Origin: Schmidtea nova | Taxonomy: Eukaryota | NCBI GenBank assembly: GCA_044892505.1 | Contig: CM097883.1 | Span: forward strand, 242,234,001-242,298,000 | Direction of reading: 5' to 3' | Length of the DNA: 64,000 nucleotides | In this document: piece after piece, positions 12,801-26,599 of the stretch | How positions within the stretch are numbered: the first letter of the stretch is position 1 | Layout of the letters: the number at the start of each line of letters is the position of its first letter | Notes under the pieces: model-generated | Database searches by the model: none | Seen by the model: only the letters and a program-made list of their open reading frames with translations | What the model was told of the DNA's origin: nothing | Translations under genes and position numbers: made by a program

Positions 12801-14859
12801 TTCTAGTCAAATTAAAATTTAACACCATTTAAGAAATGAGTCAAGACCTGGAATAATTTTGTATAGCGAAAACAAGCAACCAAAGAAAGGTACTTGTGGA
12901 AAAAAGGTAAGAAAACGTAAAGATGGCGATTGATAAATACCAGTTATGTCAACGAAACTAAGACATCAATGGTGGAATAAAAGTAACACTGAAAAGCTTT
13001 GAACACAGTAGACCATTAGAGTTCACAGAAACAGATATTACAAGTACTTTTTCTTTGTCACGAGATGGAAATTAATTTATGCTATGAATTATTGATGATT
13101 TTTCATAGTTTGACTTAACTGCTTAAAATGTGGTGAGAACCACAAAGGAAAATCGATAACAAACTTCAGGATTTCAAAACGAATACATTCTGATCAAAGA
13201 ATCTAGTTCTTTATTTGACTGTTGAACATAAAGTTAACCAATGCTGAGTTTTTTTTGTCTAAGACATTTTGTCCCTGTACCATTTGTATGTCTACCGTTT
13301 ATTGCATATAAATTGTATGTTACTATTTATAGACATTTAATGTGACGCATTGCAACAACTGAATGAATCCAGTCTAACTATTAAACCATTGACCAATGGG
13401 CGAGAGCACATCCAAGTGTTGCCGGCATTGTGTTTAATAAGTCATAATGATTTAATTAAAATATTTATGTTATATATTGTTAGATTTATTAAAACTGTTG
13501 TGTAAATAAGTTTATATATTTTTGGAAGTTTATTTTGAGTGGTGCCCAAGAGTAACATCTTAACTTAAGTTTTATTTTTATTTGTAAAATAATCTGGAAA
13601 AAAAATAAAATTCTAAAATACAGTGGAAATTGATAAAAAATATAAAATTTAATTTTTCTAACAAAAAAAATGCGAAATAATTTTCCAAATTTCTTTTAAT
13701 TGGTAAAATAATTATTAAAAATTTCTGAGATAAATTATATTTTCATAAAGATCAAAAATTTATTCAAATTATTGAAAAAATTATCAAAAAAATTAGTAAT
13801 GTAAAACATCGTATCTAATTGAAATATTATACGTGAGTTAGTAGCAAAGATAAATTTTCACACCTCAACTAAAGCGGAAATCCCTTTGATGTAGATTTTA
13901 ATAGAGCGATCAAAAGAAAATTATTTCTAAACTATAATTTTTAATAGAAATGATATTATACAAAAAAAAATTTTTTCAATTCTTATCCAATTATAAACCG
14001 ATCATTTATAAAAATGAATTTTAAATAATATTTATTTTTCTGTTAATTATAATTCAATTAATTTAACTAGTTTTGGAATCAAAATGTTACATTTTACAAC
14101 TTTCATTGAAAAAAAAGGTAGTGAACAGTTTTTAATTACAGTATAGTGCCTCCGATAATAAATATTTATCACAATATTTAATTATGTATTAAAATAAAAT
14201 AACTTGTTTTAATAACAAGTTATTTTAGAAGGAGATATTTTCAAAAATGCAACAAAATGAAGAGATTTTCAAAATGCAACAAAATGATAAATAATTTGTA
14301 TTTTAATATAAATATATTTTATCTAATTATTGTAGCTTTTTCATTAACGCTACATACAGTAATACTTTTAGAATTAATATTAATAAATTTTATTTTATTT
14401 AAAAGGAAAATAAATTCAATTTTATCTTTGTAAAATATTTTTAATATTGTTTAACCACTCGTTTCAAAATATTTTGTAAAGGAGTTATTTAAAATTTAGT
14501 TATTATGTTAATCATTTCATGCATGGTGTATGCTGGGGTTAGACGAAAATCCAAAAATTTAAATTGAGAAAAAACTAATTAAAAATTAATAAATATTGAA
14601 AATTAATATTGAAAATTAATATTTCCTGGAGGGAAGGTATGAGCGGGTAGCAAAGAAAAAGTGAAGATGAATATAACAATTAAAATTTGAAAGGGGGGGG
14701 GGGGTGTCCCAGTTAAAAGTATTTCAATAATCATTTAAATATCTAATTAGTTTTTCAAAAAAAATCAATGATAAAAGAAATTGGATGTCAATTGCTAAAA
14801 AGAAATTGATTGACAAGATTTATTACATGCTCAATAATTTAGAGTTTACAGGAATACTG

Positions 14860-16400
14860 TAACGTCATATATTTAATGAAATATTACGTTGTCATTGACT
14901 TATTATGTAATCGATCACGATTCACAATAACCGGCATCATTATACGCCCCGTGATCTTAGGATCAATTTTAAAGTCTTTCATCCACGCTGGTTGCCTGCT
15001 CTCTCATCTCGTTCTTGGCGAAACTAAACCAATGAATTCTTTATCATCTCTGTCCCAGTCGCTTATCAGTTCTGTTCGTTCAGAAATATCATGAGAGTTA
15101 GAGACCCTTCGAAGATGGCTGACGTGTCTCGGAGTTCAATCGACTTCCACGTTGGTTGAGGAATTGATTCCGGTGACCGTACAAACTGCTCAGGGAACGT
15201 TGCAATATTTCTAGTCCGAGCTCGTCTTCTAACTGTTGGATCATACCAAGCCGTCTTTTAATCAACTGCTCGGAGCTGCAGCTGGAATTCGCTTTCCTCT
15301 TTCCAAACAGAATGTTGTCAACCCATTTGAAGACTGATTGAATCCTTTATTATTGTTAATCTTTGAACATCCCATATAGCTGCGAGATTGATGTCACGCA
15401 AACTTGGCGTGTTTACAGGCCGATTTCCTTCGACTGAGTATTTATTTGTCACTTGGCCGATCAGCTCTGATAGCAACCCACTGTTCTCGACACCAATATC
15501 GTCATCCTTTTTTCGTCGTTCAAAGATTTAATGAAGCTACAGCCGACTCGGAGCCATTACACAAACAGAAAATAACTTTCGCCTAGATCATGACTCGTTT
15601 AGGTCAAAGTTTTCGAGTTTATTACCACTCTTTCACATAAACTCGTTGCTTTGTACGAAAAATAGAGAGCTTTATCGCCCTTGCATTTGCGATAGGTACT
15701 GAATCTTTGGTCTTAAGTCCAAACTAATTGAACAGCTCCATGACTGTCTCCGGATCAACTCTTGATGAGAATACTGCCGTCGTCAACGTAGCTGAATGTG
15801 GCATCTTGAATGACGGCATTAGATGAATGATTTCTTTGCAAGATCTTTGACATTAAATTGACAGTGCAGTTTAAATCAATCCTAAGCCAGTTAAACAATA
15901 TATTTTTTCCATGTTTTGCACCGCTTGAAAACACTGCAAGTTTATTTTAGTGTGAATCTGCAAGTAAGCATTGTGCAAACCAAAAAGAACTACTTTTTCT
16001 CCCATTCAAAGTCACTGACGAATTCTGTCACTGAGAAAACGTCGCTGTCCCCTATTTGACATTTGACTTACACGTTTAACTCTCGGAAATCTTTTACCGG
16101 TTAAATCTTTCCTTTATTGACTTACTCAACTGTTAACAAAAGGTATGACTCCGTCATTTGGCGCATGATACTCTTCTAACCAACCGTTTGAAATTCACTG
16201 TTGAACCTTCTGTCAAAGGTTTCCCTCGCTTGATCTTTTAAATGGTATAGCTCGCGTTGATGTTTCAGCGATTGTAGCCCTCCAGACTACTTCCACGGTA
16301 CTGTCCATTTTCCCATTAAAATTGGCTTCGAAATCATTGTTGAGGTTCCGAGAATCTCAACTTGATGGTTCGTTTATAAATCTACAACCCAAAGATTGTT
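14860..16400 (-). pseudogene. Degenerate coding-like block, family not recognised
   Basis: GC-elevated relative to flanks, with several 60-95 codon stop-free runs on the minus strand; no motif identified. Confidence 0.25.
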
Positions 16401-17120
16401 TACCAAGTTTTATTTATTTATCAAAATGAATTTACAACTCAATAAAAATTACCTTTTAATAGAATTTAACCTTTAACAATATATGTATGCGTGTTATGTT
16501 AATGTATGCAATTTCTTGAGCTAGGATTTGTAAATTTGTATGCTCCATTTTAAATTGCAATATCGATTACCGAATTTTTAACTCTTCTGAGATTACAATT
16601 TTTTTGGGTGATATGACTGAGGAAACAGTCAGTTTATATACTAATTTTAAGGCACTTTAATCGGTCAATAATGTTTGTTATTTTTCTACTTGAGTTAATT
16701 GAAATTGTTTTTTAACCTTTGAATTGAAAATATTATTTCATTTTATTAACCTTTGTAGGTCATAAATATAATTTATTTAAACAAAAAGTAATTTATTTAT
16801 TTTAATTAATTTAAACAATCAGTATAATTTATTTATTTTCTTTTTCTTCTTATTTATATTATTATTGGTATTGTTATAATTTATATTATGAATTAAAATA
16901 TAAATCAAAATATAAACCATTTTCTAAAGTTTCAAAAATTAATTTACATAAAATATCTTCAAAACCAAATATTCTTTCAAAATTGCATAAAATTTTATCA
17001 TTAATTGAGTCCTTCAACATAAAATAAAAAAATATCAATAATTGTTCGCAAGATCACAAATTGTAAATTGATAAATTTTCATAACTATATTGTCAAAAAT
17101 TAATTTTTATTCAATCCATT
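16350..17120 (-). repeat. Diverged inverted duplication, left copy (partner ~22240-23040)
   Basis: CGAACCATCAAGTTGA(G/A)ATTCTC(G/A)GAACCTCAACAAT and several other 30-70 nt blocks are colinear in reverse orientation. Confidence 0.75.
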
Positions 17121-17194
17121 GTTTGATCTTGATTGCCGTCCATATGTACATTTAATCTATATGTTTTCTTTCTATTCTGTAGGCATCATTAATT

Positions 17195-17446
17195 TCAAAT
17201 ACGTTGACAACATTTACAGTTTTTAACATCGTCGTCGATGCGGTTGGTGCAACACAATGGCGCCACCAACGATACTAGGTTCCCAAAAATTGCTTTATTT
17301 CTATCGACGTGTAAGCCGCTAATTCGAACAATTGCGTCCATTCCTAAAATTAGATCAATGCCCATTGACAACTTATCCACCACCAAATACGATAATGCAA
17401 TTAGAGAATCTTGAAAAATATATTCGACCTTACAAAAGAAAACCAA
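17195..17446 (-). pseudogene. Retroelement aspartic-protease-like fragment
   Basis: YLVVDKLSMGIDLILGMDAI resembles the C-terminal D(L/V)ILGMD motif of gypsy proteases. Confidence 0.5.
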
Positions 17447-17903
17447 AGTTCTTTGTTTCTTATAACAATAACCATAATGAATACATATTTTTTTAATTTA
17501 TTTTAATTTAATAAACTAGATACAGTTAGTTTCATATAAAAATATTTCGTTAAAAAATGTGAATATTTAATGTGTGAAAATCATCGAAATATATTTTGAA
17601 AAGTTGTGAGTCGATTTAATAATGGTAGATACAGGGAAAATGATAGAAACATTTGAGTTAGGTGAGGATTATAGTATAGGGATGAATAGGTACAGATTGA
17701 ATATATATGTTGAGCCAACCCCAAACAATTCATGAAATGTGCTGATGACAATAACAAATTATATCTGTGATTATAATAATTTGATAATTCATCTTTGTGA
17801 TTGTTAGATGTTACGAGAACATCTTCTAAGTTGTTTGAAAAAACATTTTCATTAACTGAATTCATATTCCAAAATTTATTAATTCTAACTTTTCGGTATT
17901 GAA

Positions 17904-19260
17904 TCAAGCATTAGTCCAAATCAGCTTTTTGTTTTTAAACCCACATAAATCTTCTAAAACTCTAGCCTTTTTTGCATATTCCTTGATAAATCGTCTATAG
18001 TAATTACATATTCCTAAGAAGCTTCTGAGACTTTTTAACACATTTTGGTCTTTCAAATGATTTGATAGCCTCCAGCTTTGATAGGTCCGTCTGTATGTCA
18101 TCTTTATTAATGATGTAGCCTAAACATTTGACTTCCTTTTTTCAGAATATGACACTTTTCGGGGTTTATCCTCAGACCTGCTTTCTAATCTTGTCTAAAA
18201 CCTCATTTAAGACTTCATAATGCTGATCAATTGTCGCTGTAAATACCAAAATATCGTCTAGATATACCGCTGCACATCTCATACTCATTAATACTTTTCC
18301 CATTAGTTCTTGGAACGTACCTGGCGTTGCTGCTATTCCAAATGACATTATGTTAAAACATTATTGGCCTGACTTTGTTGAAAATTCCGCTTTTAATTTT
18401 GATTTTTCTTCTAGTTCCACCTGACAATATGCATTTCCAAGATCTACTGAACTGAAATACTTTGCTTCACCCAATTTATCTAACATCTCTGCTATATTGG
18501 GCATAGGAAACACCTGTCTCTCTGTTACAAGGTTTTATTTCCTGAAGCCAAGGCATAATCTGATATCTTACTTTTCTTTCTTCTAAACGCATATTTATGG
18601 TGTAATCCATGGCGAATTACATTTCTTGATGATCTTATTATCCCATAAAATTTTTATTTCTTCATCTAATTTTCCTTCCAAGTTGACAGGTTGTCTCCGT
18701 GATTTAATATTTCCATGCGTTTCTATTTTATGCTTCCACAACTTCGTGCAGGCGATGTTCCGTTTGTCAGCCATGAAAACATTTTGATTCTTCTTTATAA
18801 TGTTTAGTAATATCGCATTATTCATATTTAACGTATTCTTTGCTATTTGAAATCATTCAGTCCCTGTTATTGTCTTCCCGAAGTTTGCTTCAATATTGGA
18901 TATATGGTCTTCATTCATTATTTCAGCATCTTTTATTGACCACTTGAGCTGTATACCAAATTACTTTTGCAACTCTATATCCCCAATTACCTCAGGCATC
19001 ACATATTTTACTATCGTTAACTTTACCCTTCATTTTCTGCCATTTATTTCCACTTCTAGTATTGCTTTATTATTCGTTTCAAAAACACTATTATTAGCAC
19101 ATCTTAATGTGTCTGTTGTTGTTATTAGTTCTATATCTTTAAGTTTCTCAAATTTGTTCCAACTCATGACATTTACCGTAGCTCCCGTATCAAGCAAGCA
19201 TTCCATCTTCTGATTTTGTATTCTAATAGTTACACTTGGTCGGCCTTGCATTTTATCAAA
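17904..19260 (-). pseudogene. Decayed Ty3/gypsy pol (PR-RT)
   Basis: CLLDTGAT, NSPWITP, FPMPNI, FSSVDLGNAY, AVYLDDILVF (~18245-18270), LRSFLGICNYYRRFI; many stops and frameshifts. Confidence 0.9.
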
Positions 19261-19834
19261 CTGATACTGTCATTTTTCCACTCATCTAATGTGAGTATAT
19301 GTATTTTTTCCTCCTTCTGTCAAATTATTTTTTTATGAATCTGTTTACCTTTCACATCACATTCTTATCATCTTTTATTACCTCTGTCTCCTTCACATCT
19401 TTATCTATAATACATGATATTCTACTATTAGTATATTAATTGATATTTTGGGATTCCGCGTCATTGTCTAATACACTGCCCGACTATTTCCTCTTCTGTC
19501 AGGGCGTTGACATTTGGTTATTCCCGATATTTATCTTTCCTATCTTCTTTATTTTATGTGTCCCCCCCGTTCCAATCCTAATAAAATTTCAAAAAAAGTT
19601 CAAAAAAGTGCAATGTCATAATCGCTCTATAAACAGTTGGTCATAATATAATCGACAGTGCATTGGAAATAAACTATTCAAAAATAATGTCATTTTTTTA
19701 CAGACAGAGGATAGAATGGTTAATTTTTTTTGTCATATTTTTATAGACACAGGATAGGAAAGGGTTAAGGAATTAATATATAAAATTTAAAAAGAAAAAT
19801 TATTCTTTTAATTGCTTTATAATAAAAAATTATT

Positions 19835-21207
19835 GGTAAGTGCCGGTTTTGATACTATTTTGAATTTTTAATACTATTTTGAATTTTTAATACTATTTTG
19901 AATTTTTAATACTATTTAGAAATAAGTACATAAGTATAAGAAATAAGTATATAAGTAAATGCCTGTAAATATAATATATTAACATACATTAACTAAATTG
20001 TATATAGTTACATTCATCCATAAATTCAATTATTTACTAACCAGTAGCAAATAAAATTAACATCATTTCACGTCCAAAACCTGTAGAATTTTCAAAAGCG
20101 TATGCAGCCTTTTGCGCCTCTCCACGGAATATTCCCACATAAATTGTATTAAATACTCCGTATGTGCTTCTTGTTTCATTCCTATCCGTTTTCGCAGGGA
20201 ATATTTGCTTCTTGACCACAAACCCTCCACATTCTGCGTATGAATTTCCGAATTCTCCGGATCCACAAAATTCAATGTATGGTTTATTGTTGCATGCCCA
20301 TATCCCCCTAAATTTCGTATTGCAGACCTATAGGCTCTCCATTTGTCCGTTATTATCATGGAGCCTGGCTCAACATTGTCTACAATCGCACCTGCGATCG
20401 TATCGCCATTCCTGTTTTCGACCGGTATGATTAATATCTTTCTGGTTCCCCGTTCAATGCCCGCAAGAAACCACTGTCCATTCCTTATTCTGCCGCGATT
20501 GTATTTCCTTCTGAAAAATAGACTTTCGTCCATTTCTACAATTTTGGCATTGCCACACAAATCAACACCCCCCAACTTGTCACTTTTATCGGCCATGTAC
20601 TGCAAAATTGCTTCCCTAGCCAATTTCCCAATTTCCCCCGCCGTATTTCTATGCATGTTTAGGTCAAAGGCAATATCAACGAAAGAACAGCCATTTGTAT
20701 ACTTGTAAATGGCTTTAATGACTTTCTCAAATGTCATATTAATATTGTCAAATACACTTCCGGCTCGGATCGATGCCGTGTGTTTGCATGTTGCATTGCA
20801 TTTCCAGTAGAGACCATCAGTCGAGGATGTTCTTCGGACCAAACGCAAGTATTTGTCATCATTGCAGTGGCGGCAAAGATGCATATTCTTGATCAACTTG
20901 CACCGCGCAAGCCATTAAATCTGGCGTTCCACATCAGAAAATATCTCATTCAAGTATAGTTCATTTAGTTTAAGTGAAAAAAGATCGGTATCTTGAAAAA
21001 TGGAGTTTGGTTCAACGATGTAGAATGTTGATAAGCGCACCATCGGTAATGTATGTTAATATATTATATTTACAGACATGTACTTATATACATCTATTTA
21101 TTTGCATAATTTAAATTGATTTCTAAATAGTATTAAAAATTCAAAATAGTATTAAAAATTCAAAATAGTATTAAAAATTCAAAATAGTATCAAAACCGGC
21201 ACTTACC
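19835..21207 (-). mobile_element. Merlin (IS1016/ISXO2-like) DNA transposon, 1373 bp
   Basis: 89-bp perfect TIRs (19835-19923, 21119-21207) start GGTAAG and contain 19-bp tandem repeats; 8-bp TSD AAATTATT/AACTTATT. Confidence 0.95.
20063..21043 (-). pseudogene. Merlin DDE transposase with one in-frame stop
   Basis: VEMDESLF.RRKYNRGR, IITDKWRAY, HTQNVEGLWS and an N-terminal Cys cluster; ATG at 21043 is in frame apart from TAA at 20915-20917. Confidence 0.92.
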
Positions 21208-21342
21208 AACTTATTTTTATTTTTAATTTTAATTTGAAACTCTTTTTATATTATTCCGACAAATTATCCGAAATATTTAACTCTGCCGAAAACACCTCAC
21301 AGTGATTATAAGAATTTGACAATTTGTAATTATATTAATGTA

Positions 21343-22191
21343 CAGTAAAAACTGAATAGAAGGAATGATTTTAAATAATTATTTTTACCCTTATAAACGA
21401 GAATTCTCTCATATAAAAAAATCTGAGATATTCCTAACAAAATTATTGGCAGCCAATGAATCAGCTGAATTGGCTTCCCCGAAAATCTTTTTACAAAGAA
21501 GATTGTTATTCTTCTTTAAACTGCTCACCCATATACCAGAAGCTTTAAAATCATCGATTTTAATTTCACTCGCGTATTTCTTGCCAGCATGTTTAATCAT
21601 ATCATCACTCACCGGTACAGCATATTCATTACATTCCTTTATGAAATCAAGCACGAAATTATTAACTTGTTGAAACTTACAAAGTTTATTTCTTTTCTTG
21701 TCTTTATTTGTTGTTGTTTTGTTGATTTGATCAAATATATCTCTATTTTGTTTCATTCAGTAGAGCAATTCTAGAGAGATGCAGTGTTTCTCTGAAATGA
21801 CATCGAACGACAGTTTCATATCCATTTCTTCATAAATTTTGACCTTTCATCTAAGCTGAAGCTTCTTCTCTTTTTATTTTTCATTTCAGAATATATTGAG
21901 AATCTAAAATAAATACAATTGATTACAGGCAATAAATTAAAACATTGAAAATTCTCATATATAAAATTACAAATATATCATCAAAATGTCAATAAAAATT
22001 ATGAATTAATATTTAGAACTTCATAAAAATACATATAAAATATTTAGAATATTTTTATGCATATGCTAATTTTTTATGCATGTTGGCAAAATTATTCATA
22101 TAGAATTACAATTATTTTATTTTAATTAAAATTTAATTTATCTTATATAAAATTCTCTTTTATAAAATTCTCTTATATAGAGTTTTTACTG
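21343..22191 (-). mobile_element. pogo/Tigger-like internally deleted element
   Basis: TIR CAGTAAAAACT (16/20 match over 20 bp), TA target duplication on both sides. Confidence 0.85.
21409..21890 (-). pseudogene. CENP-B-type HTH DNA-binding region of a pogo transposase
   Basis: KRRSFSLDER..; VPVSDDMIK..FKASGIWVSSLKK..IFGEANSAD; DDE domain absent. Confidence 0.8.
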
Positions 22192-22239
22192 TATCTTCAT
22201 GGCAATTTATTTTTGTTATTTATAATTTTTATAATCTTA

Positions 22240-23040
22240 TATGATTAATTTGATGGAGTCAATTTATTTTGACAATATAATCATGACAATTTATCAACTT
22301 ACAATTTCTGATCTCGCTAACATTTATTGACATTTTTATGGTGATGGACAAAATTTTAAGTAATTTTGAAAAAATATTTTGTTTTGAAAATATTCTTTGT
22401 AAATTAATTTTTTTAACTATTTGGAAAATGGTTTATATTTTGATTTATAATTTAATATTTCAATTCAATAAAGTAAATAATAATAATAAAATAAATAATA
22501 CTGATTGTTTAAATTAATTTAAATAAATAAATTACTGTTTGTTAAAATAAATTATATTTATGACGCACAAAGATCAACAAAATGAAATAATATTCCAAGA
22601 TTAAAAATAATTCTGTTTTCAAAACAACTCTGTTTTGAAAACAATTTCAATCAACTCAAGTAGCAAAATAATAAACAATATTGGCAAATTAAGTCCCTTA
22701 AAATTTAGTATATAAACTGACTGATTTTTCAGTCAAATAACTCCTAAAATCTTGTAATCTAAGAAGAGTTACAATTTCGGTAGACAACATTTGTAAAATA
22801 AAAAAGAGCACATAAAATTTATACATCATAGCGTAGGAGACTGCATACACTTGCATAACTCGTATAAACACAAGTATATACTTATATATTGTTGAAAGTT
22901 GCATTTTTATCAAGAAATATTTTTTATCAGATTGTAAAATATTGTAAAAGATAAGTAAAACTTAATAAACAGACTTAGTTCTTTTTATTTATATACGAAC
23001 CATCAAGTTGAAATTCTCAGAACCTCAACAATATGATCGG
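22240..23040 (+). repeat. Diverged inverted duplication, right copy (partner ~16350-17120)
   Basis: Same blocks as the left copy in reverse order and orientation. Confidence 0.75.
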
Positions 23041-23119
23041 TAATGTAGTATCAATTATCAACAAACTTGTATGGACAAACTTTTTAAATGGTTAATTTGG
23101 TATTTATTTAACTGTTTGA

Positions 23120-23155
<36 letters not shown>

Positions 23156-24849
23156 ATGTGTGTGTGTTGACACAAAAAGTATACCAATTATTTTCCACGG
23201 GAAAACCTAATAAATACAACTTTTATCGAAAAAAAAACATTTTTAAAGAATATTTGATCGTGCCATATAATAAAGACGACGTGAATTTAGTGAGAGGAAA
23301 TCATAATTATTATAACAATTGGAGCGACGTATAGAAGAGATTTAAATTCTATTTCATTACAGTCCATAAATAGTTCACATTTTCCGTGAAAATAAATTTA
23401 CAATAGAAATATTTCAGAGATATTTGATGCATGAAATGAAAAATTAACAAAAAATGAGATATTTGTAGCTGCAATATCTAATTCATTAGGAAACATATGA
23501 CAAATATCCATTGAGGTATATTAAGGAAGTAAGCAATTAAGCAAGTGGTTTTTTGTTAAACAGATTTTTTAAGTTTATATTCGGCTTCTGTAGTATTCTA
23601 TGGGAATTTGACAAATGTAGGGATATGAATGGAAATCAGTAATAAAAAACATGAGTAAACCCGAGCACAAAATACTGGACCATTGCCACAAGTCTTCAGA
23701 GAAGCATTCATTATTTTCCATTTACAATTGAATTTTATTAAGATGTAACCATACGCCTGAAGGTCACATATTGTTAGAAATTGAAAATATGCCCAAAGTT
23801 TAATTTTCAACTACCTATTTTCCACTTCAAGATTATCGTGTGCTTTAGTCAGTTTCCTTATCTTTTCATTTTGTTAATGTGCTAACCGTTGTTGGAACCA
23901 GTTGGCTTTGGTTACATAAGTTTGCATACTAAACTCGTCATCTCAACTTCTAGCGATCTTAGTTCCAATTTGTTTCATGCTGCAAATTCAAAATAAGTAA
24001 ATCGTTTAGAGCAAGGGTCTCAAAGTCTAACGTGGGCCGAGTGTGACTAAAAGCATAACCCTGGGGGCCGTACTTCTTAAAATCTTTACACAATGATTAA
24101 AATCTAGTAGTAAAAGGAAAACTTAAAATTTTTTAACACTATTCTTCTATGGGTTAAAATATTTTTAAATATGCAAATTATTATTAATAAAACAAATGAA
24201 AAATTTTAAAGAATAAATAAACCATTTTCAATAATATTATTAGAATTACGTAGTAAAGCTTTTATTGAGTTGTAAGCAGACGCAATAGTTCAAATAAAAA
24301 TAATTTAAAAGAAAGTTCTAAATTTTAAAGCTAATCATCATTTTAATTGTTATATAAGTTTGGTTAAATTACAAAATCCATGTGCTTCGTTTCGAGCCGC
24401 CTGTTTGAGACCTCTGGTTTAGAGCAAGGATCACCAAACCATTTTATTTACCGAACCCCTAAAAATCTTCGAAATTTTTTTGGATCCATACAAAAATTAT
24501 TTTTAATATTTATGTGTCACAAAAAAAATAACTTCTACTATTTTTATGCATTTATTTTGCAATGTTACATTTTACATTGATTAATATATGTAATAGTAAT
24601 AATTTATAATAATTTTAATAATTTATCTGACTGAAAATCACCAATGCTGATGGGCTTGATAATTCTTTGCAATATTACACCAAAGTGCATTTAATAGACC
24701 TAAATGACATTCATTAATATAATAAAAACTTTCATTAACCCTAGCAAAATTAATTAAAAACTCTCAAAATGCATGTAGATATTGCATATTTTTTATAATA
24801 GATTTTTAAAAATTTTTTTAAAAATATTGGAAATACTAATGTTAAAATA

Positions 24850-25152
24850 ATGTCTAAGTCTTGCAAAGTTCGGGACATCTTCAGTAATAAATCTGAGACG
24901 CCATTTGGTCTGTGTTCTGATCTCGTGTGTCGTTTTACTTGTAATGGTTTTAATATCGCATGCATTGGAGAGACTGCCCGTCATCTCTGTACACGAGTTC
25001 AAGAACATGCAAGAAAGAGCGGAACGAGTAACATTATTGAGCATAATAAGACATGCAAGAAAAGCATTGATATTTCCAATTTCAAAATACTGTCTAGGGG
25101 TTTTAAAAATTATTATAAACGTGTGAATAGTGAGGCTTTGGTGAGAAAATGA
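24850..25152 (+). pseudogene. GIY-YIG endonuclease of a Penelope-like element
   Basis: CRFTCNG..CIGETARHLCTRVQEH..SNFKIL..EAL. Confidence 0.8.
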
Positions 25153-25309
25153 TTTTATCCTAAAATAAACATACAAAATTTATTATCTAAATACATTTTG
25201 AGAGTTTTTAGTTAATTTTACTAGAATTAATAAAAGTTAATAAATGGTCAATAAAAGTGCAAATGTGATTATGTAATCACTAATAAGATCAATTTTTATT
25301 TATTGAAAT

Positions 25310-25360
25310 TATGTAAAGCCTGATGATGACAGATGAGCTGTCGAAATATATGACAATAAT
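25310..25360 (+). ncRNA. Degenerate minimal hammerhead ribozyme core
   Basis: CTGATGA-T-GACAG/CTGTC stem-GAAA just 3' of a PLE endonuclease; the cleavage triplet looks non-canonical. Confidence 0.5.
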
Positions 25361-25599
25361 ATATTTTAAAAAATGGTGTTCTTTTATTTATTTGAATAAA
25401 TTGCCATTTTTATTTAATAGTTTATTTGGTCGCGCCAGCTTAATAAAATATTTAAAAGTTAATTAAATAAAAATTAAATAATTAATAGCGGGGCTTGATT
25501 GGTGTGAGAGATGATGGGGTGAGCCTGGAAGCCGGAAGCCGTTATACGGTATTATCGAAACCTATATAAATCTTATATGACATTTACTTTCAATTAGAA

Positions 25600-25810
25600 A
25601 TGTTTAGAAATCGATTGTAATCGACGGTTTATATCATATGCAAAACGGACTGAAATCACCGGCTTTGATCCAGCATTTAATGCTATTACAGTCCTAAATG
25701 GCTCTGGCAAATTAAACATTTTGGATCCAATTTGTTTTCTATTAAGAATTACTAATTTATCGCAAGGTCGAGCATCGAATCTTCAAGAATTAGTGTGCGA
25801 GGTGAACAGG
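25600..25810 (+). pseudogene. SMC2: SMC2 N-terminal (Walker A) fragment
   Basis: [58 protein letters not shown] closely follows eukaryotic SMC2. Confidence 0.9.
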
Positions 25811-25831
25811 CAAATTTCATTTGGGCAAATT

Positions 25832-26599
25832 CAGCGCCGGTTCGAGATAATTATACGCCCCAGGCGAAAATTATAAAAAGCGCCCTATTTTAAAAATTAG
25901 GTACAAAAATTATGATAAAATAAAAAAGATTAACAAAAAACAATCTATTTATTACTTCATTTCATTTTTTTTCGATTGATGATTATCATCGGCTACTGAT
26001 TTACTGGATTTAAAATATTTCAATATTTTATCGTGCTTATCAGCTTGTTGTTGTCTATTTATTTTTCGTTTCCGATATTCATACCCACTCAATTTTTTTG
26101 GTGGAATCTTAGCTATTGCATAAATTTATATAAATATATTTTCCAATATATTTTTAAAAAATGATCTTAATCTTACCTTACCTCCTATATATTTATATTT
26201 TTAAAACAGAATAGAAATACAAATTTAATTTGAACAAACTGCAACAACACATTAGTTACACACTTGAAACAAAAAAATTGTTTAAAAAAAACAGGTAGCT
26301 ATAGCTGTTAATTTAACTCGCACATCAGTTTTTGTAATACATATAAATTTTTTTTATTTCAATACATATCAGAATTTCTCAGAATTGGAAATTCGTATAT
26401 TTTGCATGTACTTTTTTTTGTTTTTTCTTATTTTCAAATTTTTTTAAAACGGTTGTTTTCATAGATAAATTTCAAAAAATAAAGTTTTGGAGGCTTATTT
26501 TATAATTTTCTTTGATTGTTTATAATAAATTTTGGCGCCCTCTAAAAAAAAGGCACTCTAGACTATGGCCTAGGTCGCCTGGCCCTTGGGCCGGGCCTG
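25832..26599. mobile_element. hAT-type MITE (768 bp)
   Basis: CAG...CTG ends with degenerate GC-rich TIRs; perfect 8-bp TSD GGCAAATT at 25824-25831 and 26600-26607. Confidence 0.85.

Noticed and set aside
19600-19770. Possible piggyBac end (..AAAGGGTTAA)
   Set aside because: No matching second end or transposase found
20164-20708. Plus-strand ORFs over the Merlin transposase, and similar antisense ORFs over pPolB, gypsy pol and cargo genes
   Set aside because: Shadow frames of real genes with no motifs
24005-24445. Two hAT-like left ends (CAAGGGTCTCAAA, CAAGGATCACCAAA) after TTTAGAG
   Set aside because: No right TIR or TSD could be paired
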